This document shows positions 15,525 to 24,443 of a DNA stretch of 32,000 nt, piece after piece (position 1 is the first letter of the stretch; every line of letters begins with the position of its first letter). Location of the stretch: contig NZ_JAGIOS010000001.1 in assembly GCF_017876815.1 (NCBI RefSeq), forward strand, positions 3,660,001 through 3,692,000, in the 5' to 3' direction. Made by a program: the position numbers and the translations under genes. Under the pieces are notes generated by a model, which had not been told where the DNA came from, did no database searches, and worked only from the letters and a program-made list of their open reading frames with translations. The DNA comes from Sinorhizobium meliloti (GTDB lineage Bacteria; Pseudomonadota; Alphaproteobacteria; Rhizobiales; Rhizobiaceae).

Positions 15525-15878
15525 ATGGCCAAATATCTTGACGAACGCGGCGATCCGGCCTCGGCAACGCACGGAGCGGATCGAGAGAATTTCACCGGTG
15601 AGGAAGCCAAGCAGGGACGCACGGGCGTTCCGGTGCTTGGGGTCCTCGTCGGCGGACTGTTCCTAGCCCTCCTCGCCTGGGGCGCCGTCGAAATCTGGGG
15701 TGAAAGCACCGATAACGACCGCCTCACGGAAACGGAACAGGTTCAGCCGGCGCCCTCTCCGGAGCAGACAGGCAGCGTCGGCACCGGACAGCCCGTCCCG
15801 ACCGACCGGGATCCCACGGCACAGACCGGCACCGGCGGCGAGTCGCAGCAGGTTTCCCCGGAGGGGACCGAGAAATAA
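15525..15878 (+). CDS. small single-TM protein with a disordered Thr/Gly/Pro/Gln/Glu-rich C-terminal tail
   Basis: ORF track 15525..15878. A GGAG Shine-Dalgarno lies upstream. The TM segment is VPVLGVLVGGLFLALLAWGAVEIW. An EcfG-type promoter lies 127 nt upstream. Confidence 0.6.
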   Translation: MAKYLDERGDPASATHGADRENFTGEEAKQGRTGVPVLGVLVGGLFLALLAWGAVEIWGESTDNDRLTETEQVQPAPSPEQTGSVGTGQPVPTDRDPTAQTGTGGESQQVSPEGTEK

Positions 15879-15956
15879 TTGCCGGGTCGACCTGAAATCA
15901 TGAGACGCGGGATGCGAGCGGAATACTTGTCCCGCCCCAAAGCGCATATCGGAGGA

Positions 15957-16135
15957 CTGCAATCTCTCCTCTCCTCATCTCTGTGCTTGTCACAGAGATC
16001 CAGCAGCGTCGCGTCTGCGGCGCGGGAAGCGTTCTTTCAGCCCAAGGACTTGGTCTGGCTGGATCCCTGTGACAAGCACAGGGATGAGGTGATCAAACAA
16101 GCCGCGGCGGTAATCCCGAGTCTCATCAGGCCTTA
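15957..16135. repeat. RIME-like repeat, module B copy 2
   Basis: The arms are cctcatctctgtgcttgtcacagagatccag (15973-16003) and ctggatccctgtgacaagcacagggatgagg (16059-16089). It is near-identical to 2317-2494 and fills the gap between convergent genes. Confidence 0.8.
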
Positions 16136-16136
16136 G

Positions 16137-17684
16137 CTAGTCCGACAGTTCCTCAGTCGAGCACTCGTAGAGCGTCTCGCCGCTCTCCATGTCGACGCCG
16201 GCGAGGCTCACCTCGTAGCCCCACAGACGGCGGACGTGGCGCAGAGTGGCATCGCGGCTGTTCTCCTCCAGGAGGACCCCATTCTTCACATTGTGCTGCA
16301 ATCGCAGGTGCCGGTCGCCCAGCAAATCGACATCCATGACCTGGATATCCGGCTGGCTGCTTCCGATGTCGTAGCTGCGGGCGAGAGCGCCGCGTATCGT
16401 TTCGTAGCCGCGCTCGTTATGGATGGATGCCACCTCGCAGAAATTGTCGTCCGCCTCGTCCGTCAGCAGGAACAGCCGAAACTTGCGGATCAGCGCAGGG
16501 CTCAGGAACTGCAGGATGAACGACTCGTCGCGGTGGTTCGCCCAGGCATCGAGAAGCGTCTCGCGCCAAAGGCCGGTGCCGGCGATTTCGGGAAACCAAT
16601 CGCGATCCTCCGCCGTCGGCGCGACGCAGATGCGCTCGATGTCCTGCATCATGGCAAATCCCAGCGCATACGGGTTGATCCCCGGAAAGCGGGGATCGTC
16701 GAAGCCCGGCTGAAAAACGACATTGGTATGACTCTGGAGAATCTCCAGCATTGCGCCTTCGCTTATTTTGCCCTGGTCGAAGAGATTGTTCATGATGGTG
16801 TAGTGGACGAAGGTGGCGCATCCCTCGTTCATGACCTTCGTCTGCCGCTGCGGATAGAAGTACTGAGCGATCACGCGAACGATTCGCAGTATCTCCCGCT
16901 GCCAGGGCTCAAGGATGAGGCTGGTCTTCTCCAGGAAATAGAGCAGGTTCTCTTCCGGGAGGTTCAGTGATTTTTTCCGCTCCGAGAGCTCCCGTTCCAA
17001 CTGGGTCGGATCGTTGTTCTCCCCCGCGGGCGGAAGCGTTCTCCACAGGTCGCTGAAGGTCTGCTCTTCATATTCCAGCCTCTCGCGCATCCGCTCCTGC
17101 TCTTTTTCGGTCGACAGGCGCGGCGGCCGTCTGTAGCGGAAGACGCCCTGCTCCATGAGTGCATGGGCAGAGTCGAGGATCGCCTCGACTGCCGGCGTTC
17201 CGTGCCGCTCTTCGCATTTGCTGATGTATTTCTTCGCGAAGTCCATATAGCTGAGGATTGCGCTGGCGTCGGTCCACTGCCGGAAGAGGTAGTTGTTCTT
17301 GAAAAAATGATTATGGCCGAAGGCTGCATGGGCGGTCACCAGGGCCTGCATGGCCATGGTGTTCTCCTCCATCAAGTAGGTGATGCAGGGATTGGAGTTG
17401 ATCACCAGCTCATAGGCGAGGCCGCGCCGGCCCCTGCGATAGAGATGATCCTCGAAAACGAAGCGCTTCCCGAAGGACCAATGCTGGTACATGAGCGGCA
17501 TGCCCACCGACGAATAGGCATCCAGCATCTGCTCGGAGGAGATGATCTCGAGCTGATTGGGGTATACGTCGAGACCGAGATCTTCGAGCGCGATCTCCTC
17601 GATGGCATCGTAGGTGCGCGCCAGTGTCTCGAAATTCCAGTCGGAACTCTGGAACAGAAGGTTTGAGGCGGCGCCTTTTGACAT
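16137..17684 (-). CDS. SpoVR family protein (YcgB homolog)
   Basis: ORF track 16137..17684. The full-length SpoVR-like sequence includes LEIISSEQMLDAYSSVGMPLMYQHWSFGKRF. Confidence 0.95.
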   Translation of the reverse strand: MSKGAASNLLFQSSDWNFETLARTYDAIEEIALEDLGLDVYPNQLEIISSEQMLDAYSSVGMPLMYQHWSFGKRFVFEDHLYRRGRRGLAYELVINSNPCITYLMEENTMAMQALVTAHAAFGHNHFFKNNYLFRQWTDASAILSYMDFAKKYISKCEERHGTPAVEAILDSAHALMEQGVFRYRRPPRLSTEKEQERMRERLEYEEQTFSDLWRTLPPAGENNDPTQLERELSERKKSLNLPEENLLYFLEKTSLILEPWQREILRIVRVIAQYFYPQRQTKVMNEGCATFVHYTIMNNLFDQGKISEGAMLEILQSHTNVVFQPGFDDPRFPGINPYALGFAMMQDIERICVAPTAEDRDWFPEIAGTGLWRETLLDAWANHRDESFILQFLSPALIRKFRLFLLTDEADDNFCEVASIHNERGYETIRGALARSYDIGSSQPDIQVMDVDLLGDRHLRLQHNVKNGVLLEENSRDATLRHVRRLWGYEVSLAGVDMESGETLYECSTEELSD

Positions 17685-17696
17685 CCCGGTCCCTTT

Positions 17697-19013
17697 TCAC
17701 TTGCGCAATTGCATTTCCGGCTGCTTGCCGAAGAGTTTTCGGAAAACGGGGTAGATATCCGCCGGTTTCGCGATGCGGGTCATCTGGAAATTCGGCCATT
17801 CGCCGTCGACGGTGCGATAGGCCCGCCAGAGCGAAGTCCCGTTATCGGTCGTGCCGAAAATCTCCGTCTCTCGCTCATCGATAATCTCGACATAGGCGTA
17901 ATATTGGCAAAGTCCCATCAGTTCGTCGTGAAGAAGGGAAGCGCAGCGTTCGGAGTCGCCTGAGATATTCTCGCCGTCCGATGCCTGCGCGGCATAGATG
18001 TTCCATTCGTGGGCAGGATAGCGCTCCCGGATGACGCGCAGCATCTCCTCCAGCGCGGTGGAAACGACCGTGCCGCCGCTCTGCTTGCTGTAGAAGAAGG
18101 TATTCTCGTCGACCTCGCCGGCCTCGTCGGTGTGCCGGATGAACACGATGTCGATCCGCTCATAGCGGCGCTTGAGGAAGAGGTGCAGCAGCACGAAAAA
18201 ACGCTTGGCGAGGTCCTTCTCCCGCTCCCCCATCGAAGCCGAGACATCCATGAGGCAGAACATGACCGCACTCGCATTGGGCAGCGGCTGCGGCTCGAAA
18301 CGATTGAAGCGAATGTCCACGGGATCTACATAGGGAATCCGCCGGCGCCGGCGCTCGAGCCTGTCGAGCTTCTGGCGCAGCTCCTCTAGGCGCTGCCGGT
18401 GCTTGATGCGGCCACGCGGCTCCGTCTCCAGCCCTGCAATCTCGTCGGCTAACGCCTCGATTTCCCGGCGCGACGGCCGCCGCAATGCGATGCGGCGTCC
18501 GTAGCTGTTGCGCATGGTGCGGCCGACATTGATGTTCGTCGGCGAGCCGCTTGCGCTGAAACCGGCGCGCCGTCGCTTGAAGGTAACCGATTCCTTCAGA
18601 TTGAGCTTCACCATGTCGGGGAGCTCGAGGTCCTCGAAGAAGAGATCGAGCACCTCCTCGCGTGAAAGGACGAACTGAAACTCGTCTTCGCTTTGGCCGG
18701 TGCCGGCACCGGCATTGCCCGCACCGCCACCTGACCCCCTTTTGGGAATACGGTCTCCCGCCGCGAACTCCCGGTTTCCCGGTAGGACGTGGCGCCGCTC
18801 GCCGCTGTTGGAGTCCGGCTGGAAAGCGGGCTCGTTGACGCCACGTGCGGGCATGGACACGTTCTGTTCGGCATCGACATCCGCGATCTTGCCCGACTTG
18901 ACCCGCTCTTTGATGGTTCGCTTCAGTTCCTCTCGTGCCCGTTTCAGGAAGCGTTGCCTGTTACCGAGACTTTTGTCCTTCGGATTGAGGCGACGGTCGA
19001 TGAAATTCGGCAT
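17697..19013 (-). CDS. yeaH: YeaH/YhbH family protein (DUF444, UPF0229)
   Basis: ORF track 17697..19013. The N-terminus MPNFIDRRLNPKDKSLGNRQRFLKR is characteristic of the family, and the C-terminus is vWA-like. Confidence 0.95.
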   Translation of the reverse strand: MPNFIDRRLNPKDKSLGNRQRFLKRAREELKRTIKERVKSGKIADVDAEQNVSMPARGVNEPAFQPDSNSGERRHVLPGNREFAAGDRIPKRGSGGGAGNAGAGTGQSEDEFQFVLSREEVLDLFFEDLELPDMVKLNLKESVTFKRRRAGFSASGSPTNINVGRTMRNSYGRRIALRRPSRREIEALADEIAGLETEPRGRIKHRQRLEELRQKLDRLERRRRRIPYVDPVDIRFNRFEPQPLPNASAVMFCLMDVSASMGEREKDLAKRFFVLLHLFLKRRYERIDIVFIRHTDEAGEVDENTFFYSKQSGGTVVSTALEEMLRVIRERYPAHEWNIYAAQASDGENISGDSERCASLLHDELMGLCQYYAYVEIIDERETEIFGTTDNGTSLWRAYRTVDGEWPNFQMTRIAKPADIYPVFRKLFGKQPEMQLRK

Positions 19014-19037
19014 TAGCTAACCCCCGCATCCGCAGCC

Positions 19038-20987
19038 TCAACCCGCCTTGTTTACACGCATGTACCAGTCGACGAGACGCCGCACCTGCCGTTCGGTGTA
19101 CCCGCGCTCCTTCATGCGCTGGACGAATTCGACATGCTGCTTCTCCGTGGAGCTGTCCTTCTTCGACCCGAAGCTGATAACCGGCAACAGGTCTTCGACC
19201 TGGCCGAACATGCGTTTCTCGATGACCTCGCGAAGTTTTTCATAGCTCGTCCAGGACGGGTTCTTGCCATGGTTCTTGGCCCGCGCCCGCAAGGTGAACT
19301 TGACGACCTCGTTGCGGAAGTCCTTCGGGTTGGCGATGCCCGCCGGTTTTTCGATCTGAGACAGTTCGCTGTCGAGGATCTTGCGGTTGAGGATCTGGCC
19401 GGTGTCGGGATCCTTGAAGTCCTGGTCCTCGAGCCAGGCATCGGCGTAGGCGATATAGCGGTCGAACAGGTTCTGGCCGTATTCGCTGTAGGACTCCAGA
19501 TAGGCCTTCTGGATCTCGTGACCGATGAATTCCGCATAACGGGTGGCGAGTTCCGACTTGATGAAGTCGAGATAGGCTGCCTCCGTTTCCTTCGCAAACT
19601 GCTCGCGCTTGATGGCCTGCTCCAGGATGTACATCAGATGTACGGGATCGGCCGCGACCTCCTTGGTGTCGTAATTGAAGGCCTCGGACAGGACCTTGAA
19701 GGCGAAGCGGGTGCTGACGCCGGTCATGCCCTCGTCGACGCCGGCAGCGTCCCGATATTCCTGCACCGATCGCGCCTTCGGGTCGACATCCTTGAGGTTC
19801 TCGCCGTCATAGACGCGCATCTTGGTGTAGAGAGACGAGTTCTCGTGAGGAACGAGCCGGGTGGATACGGTGAAACGGCTCAGTATCTCCAACACCTCGG
19901 GTGCGCAGGGATTGCTGACCAGTTCGCTCTCGCGAAGAAGCTTTTCGTAGATCTGCTTCTCCTCGGTGACGCGCAGGCAATAGGGCACCTTGACCACCAG
20001 GATGCGGTCCAGGAATGCCTCGTTGTTGCGGTTGTTCTTGAACTGCAGCCATTCCGATTCGTTGGAGTGGGCCAGAATTGTGCCCTGAAACGGGAACGCG
20101 CCGAAGTTTTCGGTACCGTTGTAGCTGCCTTCCTGGGTCGCCGTCAGAAGGGGATGCAGGACCTTGATCGGCGCCTTGAACATCTCGACGAATTCGAGCA
20201 GCCCCTGCGTCGTGCGGTTCAGGCCGCCGCTGTAGGAGTAGGCGTCCGGGTCGGCCTGGCTGTAGTTCTCGAGCTGGCGGATATCGACCTTGCCGACAAG
20301 CGAGGAGACGTCCTGATTGTTCTCGTCGCCCGGCTCGGTCTTGGCGATGCCGATCTGACGCAGGCGCGACGGCATCAGCTTGACGACGCTGAACTTGGAT
20401 ATGTCGCCACCGACCTCGTCCAGCCGCTTGGAGGCCCAGGGAGAGATCAGGCCTGTCAGCCTCCTACGGGCGATGCCGTATTTGTCTTCCAGGAGATCGG
20501 CCATGCGTTCGGGATGGAACAGGCCGAGCGGCGATTCGAAAACCGGGCTGATCTTGCCGTCGACCATCAGCGTGTAGATCGGTCGCAGTTCCATCAGCTT
20601 CTTCAACCTTTCGGCGAGCGAGGACTTACCGCCGCCGACCGGCCCCAGAAGATAAAGGATCTGCTTGCGCTCCTCGAGACCCTGGGCGGCATAGCGGAAG
20701 TAGCCGACGATCCGCTCGATCGTGTCTTCCATGCCGAAGAAGTCGGAGAAGGCCGGGTAAATTTTGATGGTTCGGTTTGCGAAGATCCGACCTAAACGCT
20801 CGTCAGCGCTGGTATCGACGAGAATCGGGTCTCCAATTGCGTCCACCATTCTTTCCTGAGCGGTGGCGTACATGCTTTTGTCATCGCGACATGCGAGGAG
20901 ATATTCCTGTAGACTTATCTCTTCTTGCGCTGCACTCGTATAAATCTCCGAAAAGAGATCGAAGACGTCAGATTCACTCCTTTGCAT
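19038..20987 (-). CDS. prkA: PrkA family serine protein kinase (YeaG homolog)
   Basis: ORF track 19038..20987. It has a Walker A motif (GPVGGGKSS) and full-length PrkA/YeaG similarity. Confidence 0.95.
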   Translation of the reverse strand: MQRSESDVFDLFSEIYTSAAQEEISLQEYLLACRDDKSMYATAQERMVDAIGDPILVDTSADERLGRIFANRTIKIYPAFSDFFGMEDTIERIVGYFRYAAQGLEERKQILYLLGPVGGGKSSLAERLKKLMELRPIYTLMVDGKISPVFESPLGLFHPERMADLLEDKYGIARRRLTGLISPWASKRLDEVGGDISKFSVVKLMPSRLRQIGIAKTEPGDENNQDVSSLVGKVDIRQLENYSQADPDAYSYSGGLNRTTQGLLEFVEMFKAPIKVLHPLLTATQEGSYNGTENFGAFPFQGTILAHSNESEWLQFKNNRNNEAFLDRILVVKVPYCLRVTEEKQIYEKLLRESELVSNPCAPEVLEILSRFTVSTRLVPHENSSLYTKMRVYDGENLKDVDPKARSVQEYRDAAGVDEGMTGVSTRFAFKVLSEAFNYDTKEVAADPVHLMYILEQAIKREQFAKETEAAYLDFIKSELATRYAEFIGHEIQKAYLESYSEYGQNLFDRYIAYADAWLEDQDFKDPDTGQILNRKILDSELSQIEKPAGIANPKDFRNEVVKFTLRARAKNHGKNPSWTSYEKLREVIEKRMFGQVEDLLPVISFGSKKDSSTEKQHVEFVQRMKERGYTERQVRRLVDWYMRVNKAG

Positions 20988-21054
20988 CGTGCTCTCCCGC
21001 GGCGGGCCGCTTGGTTGAAACGGGCTCGCTGCCTTTCGGCATCTGCTTCAGGTG

Positions 21055-21080
21055 AACGGTTTTCCTAGCTTCAAAGTTCC
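21055..21080 (-). promoter_or_regulatory. EcfG (RpoE2)-type general stress response promoter of prkA-yeaH-spoVR
   Basis: Minus-strand reading: GGAAC-tttgaagctaggaaaac-CGTT, an exact GGAAC-N17-CGTT match. The -10 element ends 67 nt upstream of the prkA ATG, and a GGGAGAG Shine-Dalgarno sits in the leader. Confidence 0.6.
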
Positions 21081-21523
21081 TTCACATAACCGACACTGAA
21101 ACGGATACCGAAGCAGCAGCCAGCGACGAACATCCGCTTATCAGTTCGGGACCGACCGATCGGCGCCTCGTGAAAGTTGTGAGGCGCACTCCGCAAGACT
21201 CGTCGCTCTGTCACCCCATCATGCCGGCGCTTCTCGCGAATCCGTCATGACAAGCGAATCATAACTTGTCCCTGCTCATTCGCCGACTTTTTTTTTGCGA
21301 TTCCACGAATTTAGCCATCAACAACATCATGCAGGACGGTGATTTCGTGATCGGGCACCGCCATATCGATGCGTTGGCGGGCGCTCCGCATCGGCACGGA
21401 GCAGAGACCTGGACGACGCTGCGGCCCGAGGCATGACGCCGAGCCATTATGCGCCGTAGTTCAGAGGATAGTCCTCGCGTCCTACCGCGTCCAGCAACAA
21501 CGTCGTGAAGGAGGATTAAAAAT

Positions 21524-21556
21524 AAAAAAACCCGCGGAACCATCTGGTTACGGGGG
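21524..21556 (-). terminator. terminator downstream of tRNA-Leu
   Basis: Minus strand: an imperfect GC-rich hairpin (ccccgtaacca / tggttccgcggg) followed by TTTTTTT. Confidence 0.55.
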
Positions 21557-21571
21557 CTTCTTCATCTTAGA

Positions 21572-21656
21572 TGGTGCGGTCGAGAAGACTCGAACTTCCA
21601 CGGGTTGCCCCACAGCGACCTCAACGCTGCGCGTCTACCAATTCCGCCACGACCGC
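21572..21656 (-). tRNA. tRNA-Leu (anticodon GAG)
   Basis: Minus-strand sequence GCGGTCGTGGCGGAATTGGTAGACGCGCAGCGTTGAGGTCGCTGTGGGGCAACCCGTGGAAGTTCGAGTCTTCTCGACCGCACCA. The acceptor stem is GCGGTCG/CGACCGC. The anticodon stem is CAGCG/CGCTG with loop TTGAGGT. It has a long variable arm, a TTCGAGT T-loop and an encoded CCA. Confidence 0.9.
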
Positions 21657-21853
21657 ATCGTGGTAGGTGCCGATTGCGTCGGCGGGGCTGCATGTAGCAA
21701 AAGGATTCCGGGTGCACAAGTGCATGACGACAGAAATTTGACGAGAAACAAAACTATTTCGATCGGCTCCCCGCGAACCACTGGAAACGCTGGACTCTTG
21801 CCGTCGGCGACCCCATGTACAGGCCGGAAAAAATCAGCATTCGCAAGGTTCCC

Positions 21854-22573
21854 ATGCAACGCGAAGACCTTATCCAGAGCATGTTCGCTCCGCCGGATGC
21901 ACCGCCGGTGCGGTGGCGCATTGCGCCTTCCCTCGTCGATTATCCGGAGGCCGTCGAGACGATGGAACGCGAGGCTGCTGCGATCGCGGACGGCACCGCC
22001 GACGAGCTGGTCTGGCTGGTCGAGCACCCGCCGCTTTACACCGCGGGAACCAGCGCCAACGCCGCCGACCTCGTGATGCCGGATCTGCTCCCGGTTTTCG
22101 CAACAGGAAGAGGCGGCGAGTACACCTATCACGGTCCCGGGCAGCGGGTCGTCTACGTCATGCTCGACTTGAAGCGCAGACGCCAGGACGTCCGCGGATT
22201 TGTCGCCGCACTCGAGAGCGTCATCATCGCCACGCTCGATTCCATGAACGTCAAGGGCGAACGCCGTGAAGATCGTGTCGGCGTCTGGGTGCGCCGCCCG
22301 GAGAAGCCGCCGCTCATGGACGGCTCGATGGCGGAGGACAAGATAGCGGCCATCGGCATTCGCTTGCGCAAATGGGTAAGCTTTCACGGATTGTCGTTGA
22401 ACGTCGATCCGGACCTCGAGCATTTCGGGGGCATCGTGCCTTGCGGAATTCGCGGCTATGGTGTCACCAGCCTCGTCGATCTCGGTCTGCCCGTCATGAT
22501 GGCCGACGTCGATATCAGGCTGAGGGAAGCCTTCGAAAGGGTCTTCGGCCCGACCCGCACCGAGAACGAATAG
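21854..22573 (+). CDS. lipB: lipoyl(octanoyl) transferase
   Basis: ORF track 21815..22573. It contains [29 protein letters not shown] and [17 protein letters not shown]. The start is ambiguous; the ATG at 21854 is chosen. Confidence 0.9.
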
Positions 22574-22606
22574 CAGGGTTCCACAGCACGTTGCTCGGTC
22601 CGAAAT

Positions 22607-22625
22607 GGCGGCAAAGCCGCTTTTA
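22607..22625 (+). terminator. possible lipB terminator
   Basis: ggcggc-aaa-gccgc followed by tttta. The stem is short. Confidence 0.35.
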
Positions 22626-22755
22626 GCCGTCTTTTTGCCGCTTCACATTGCCCCATCCGCAAGGAAAAGCCTATAAGCTCCCTTCACCTTCGCCCCACCG
22701 CGGGCAGTCAGGGTGCCTCGGCACCCGACAACGACAACAGGCGAGAGGAGCTACC

Positions 22756-23154
22756 ATGCTGTTATCAACCGAGAATGCGATTGCACGTCTGCGCGAGACA
22801 GGAGACGGCGATACGCTGGGCGGTCGTATCTGGAGAGCCCGTGACGCGACGGGGCTCTCTACGAAGGAGCTGGCCAGCAAGCTCGGTGTCCGCAACGACA
22901 CCATTTCTTCCTGGGAACGCGATCGCGCCGAGCCACGGGCGAATCGCCTGTTCATGCTGGCCGGCGTGCTTGGCGTGACGCCCGCCTGGCTGATGGCCGG
23001 TATCGGACGCGCACCGGATGATAGCACTGGAGATGCTTCGGGGGACGAACTTCGCAAGCAGCTGGATCTCGTAAAGAAGCTGCATGAGCAAACCGCCGAG
23101 GCCATTGCGGCGCTCGAGATGGAGTTCGAACGCCTCGACCAGGACGTTCGGTGA
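22756..23154 (+). CDS. XRE family helix-turn-helix transcriptional regulator with a coiled-coil tail
   Basis: ORF track 22648..23154. A GAGGAG Shine-Dalgarno precedes the ATG at 22756. The HTH is LSTKELASKLGVRNDTISSWERDRAEP. Confidence 0.85.
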   Translation: MLLSTENAIARLRETGDGDTLGGRIWRARDATGLSTKELASKLGVRNDTISSWERDRAEPRANRLFMLAGVLGVTPAWLMAGIGRAPDDSTGDASGDELRKQLDLVKKLHEQTAEAIAALEMEFERLDQDVR

Positions 23155-23242
23155 TCGGATAGGATTTTTCCTCTTGCCGGCGGCGGCCGGCGCGATATGA
23201 CGGTCGCCCCGCCTCGTTGTTCTTAGTTGATGGAGTAGAGAA

Positions 23243-24370
23243 ATGGACGTACGCGCCGCCGTGGCCTTGGAAGCCGGCAAGCCGCTGGAGGTCATGACCG
23301 TGCAGCTCGAAGGCCCGCGGGCCGGCGAGGTGCTGGTCGAGGTGAAGGCGACCGGCATCTGCCATACCGACGATTTCACGCTGTCGGGGGCCGATCCGGA
23401 GGGGCTGTTCCCGGCGATCCTCGGTCATGAGGGCGCCGGCATCGTCGTCGATGTCGGCCCCGGCGTCACCTCGGTGAAGAAGGGCGACCACGTCATCCCG
23501 CTCTATACGCCGGAATGCCGCTCCTGCCCCTCCTGCCTCAGCCGCAAGACCAATCTGTGCACCGCCATCCGCGCCACCCAGGGGCAAGGGCTGATGCCGG
23601 ACGGCAGCTCGCGGTTCTCGATCAACGGCGACAAGATCCACCATTATATGGGCTGCTCGACCTTCTCGAACTTCACCGTGCTGCCGGAGATCGCGCTCGC
23701 CAAGGTCAATCCGGACGCCCCCTTCGACAAGATCTGCTATATCGGCTGCGGCGTCACCACCGGCATCGGCGCGGTGATCAACACCGCCAAGGTCGAGATC
23801 GGCGCCACCGCCATCGTCTTCGGCCTCGGCGGCATCGGGCTCAACGTCATCCAGGGGCTTCACCTTGCCGGCGCCGACATGATCATCGGCGTCGACCTCA
23901 ACAACGACAAGAAGCCCTGGGGCGAAAAGTTCGGCATGACCCACTTCGTCAATCCGAAGGAGGTCGGCGACGACATCGTCCCCTATCTCGTCAACCTGAC
24001 GAAGCGCGGTGCCGACCAGATCGGCGGCGCCGACTACACCTTCGACTGCACCGGCAACACCAAGGTCATGCGCCAGGCGCTCGAAGCCTCGCATCGCGGC
24101 TGGGGCAAGTCGGTGATCATCGGCGTCGCCGGCGCCGGCCAGGAGATTTCGACCAGGCCGTTCCAGCTCGTCACCGGCCGCACCTGGATGGGCACCGCGT
24201 TTGGCGGCGCGCGCGGCCGCACCGATGTGCCGAAGATCGTCGACTGGTACATGGAGGGCAAGATCGAGATCGATCCGATGATCACCCACACCATGCCGCT
24301 CGAGGACATCAACAAGGGTTTCGAGCTCATGCATTCCGGCGAGAGCATTCGCTCTGTCGTCGTCTACTGA
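23243..24370 (+). CDS. adhC: S-(hydroxymethyl)glutathione dehydrogenase / class III alcohol dehydrogenase
   Basis: ORF track 23243..24370. It has zinc-ADH motifs (GICHTD, GHEGAGIV, CRSCPSC) and GLGGIGL, with full-length class III similarity. Confidence 0.95.
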   Translation: MDVRAAVALEAGKPLEVMTVQLEGPRAGEVLVEVKATGICHTDDFTLSGADPEGLFPAILGHEGAGIVVDVGPGVTSVKKGDHVIPLYTPECRSCPSCLSRKTNLCTAIRATQGQGLMPDGSSRFSINGDKIHHYMGCSTFSNFTVLPEIALAKVNPDAPFDKICYIGCGVTTGIGAVINTAKVEIGATAIVFGLGGIGLNVIQGLHLAGADMIIGVDLNNDKKPWGEKFGMTHFVNPKEVGDDIVPYLVNLTKRGADQIGGADYTFDCTGNTKVMRQALEASHRGWGKSVIIGVAGAGQEISTRPFQLVTGRTWMGTAFGGARGRTDVPKIVDWYMEGKIEIDPMITHTMPLEDINKGFELMHSGESIRSVVVY

Positions 24371-24392
24371 GTTCGCAATCTCACTCAGGAAA

Positions 24393-24424
24393 GCGCCGGA
24401 GATCATTGAATCCGGCGCTTTTTC
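24393..24424 (+). terminator. Rho-independent terminator after adhC
   Basis: gcgccgga-gatcattgaa-tccggcgc followed by ttttt. Confidence 0.7.
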
Positions 24425-24443
24425 TCCCGCCGGAAACTACTCG

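Noticed and set aside
19134-20795. 553-aa plus-strand ORF opposite prkA
   Set aside because: It is an antisense shadow of a gene with clear PrkA identity, with repetitive Leu/Val/Asp/Gly composition and no motifs.
21451-21490. tRNA-like fragment gcgccgtagttcagaggatagtcctcgcgtcctaccgcg
   Set aside because: It resembles an acceptor arm and D-arm. What follows is a 6-nt loop hairpin, with no T-arm (no GTTCGAATC-like segment) and no matching 3' acceptor strand. It is not a functional tRNA, and at most an eroded remnant.
22952-24406. 484-aa minus-strand ORF and 310-aa plus-strand ORF (23515..24447) overlapping adhC
   Set aside because: The adhC frame carries full class III ADH signatures. The alternatives are Arg/Asp/Gly/His-rich shadow frames.
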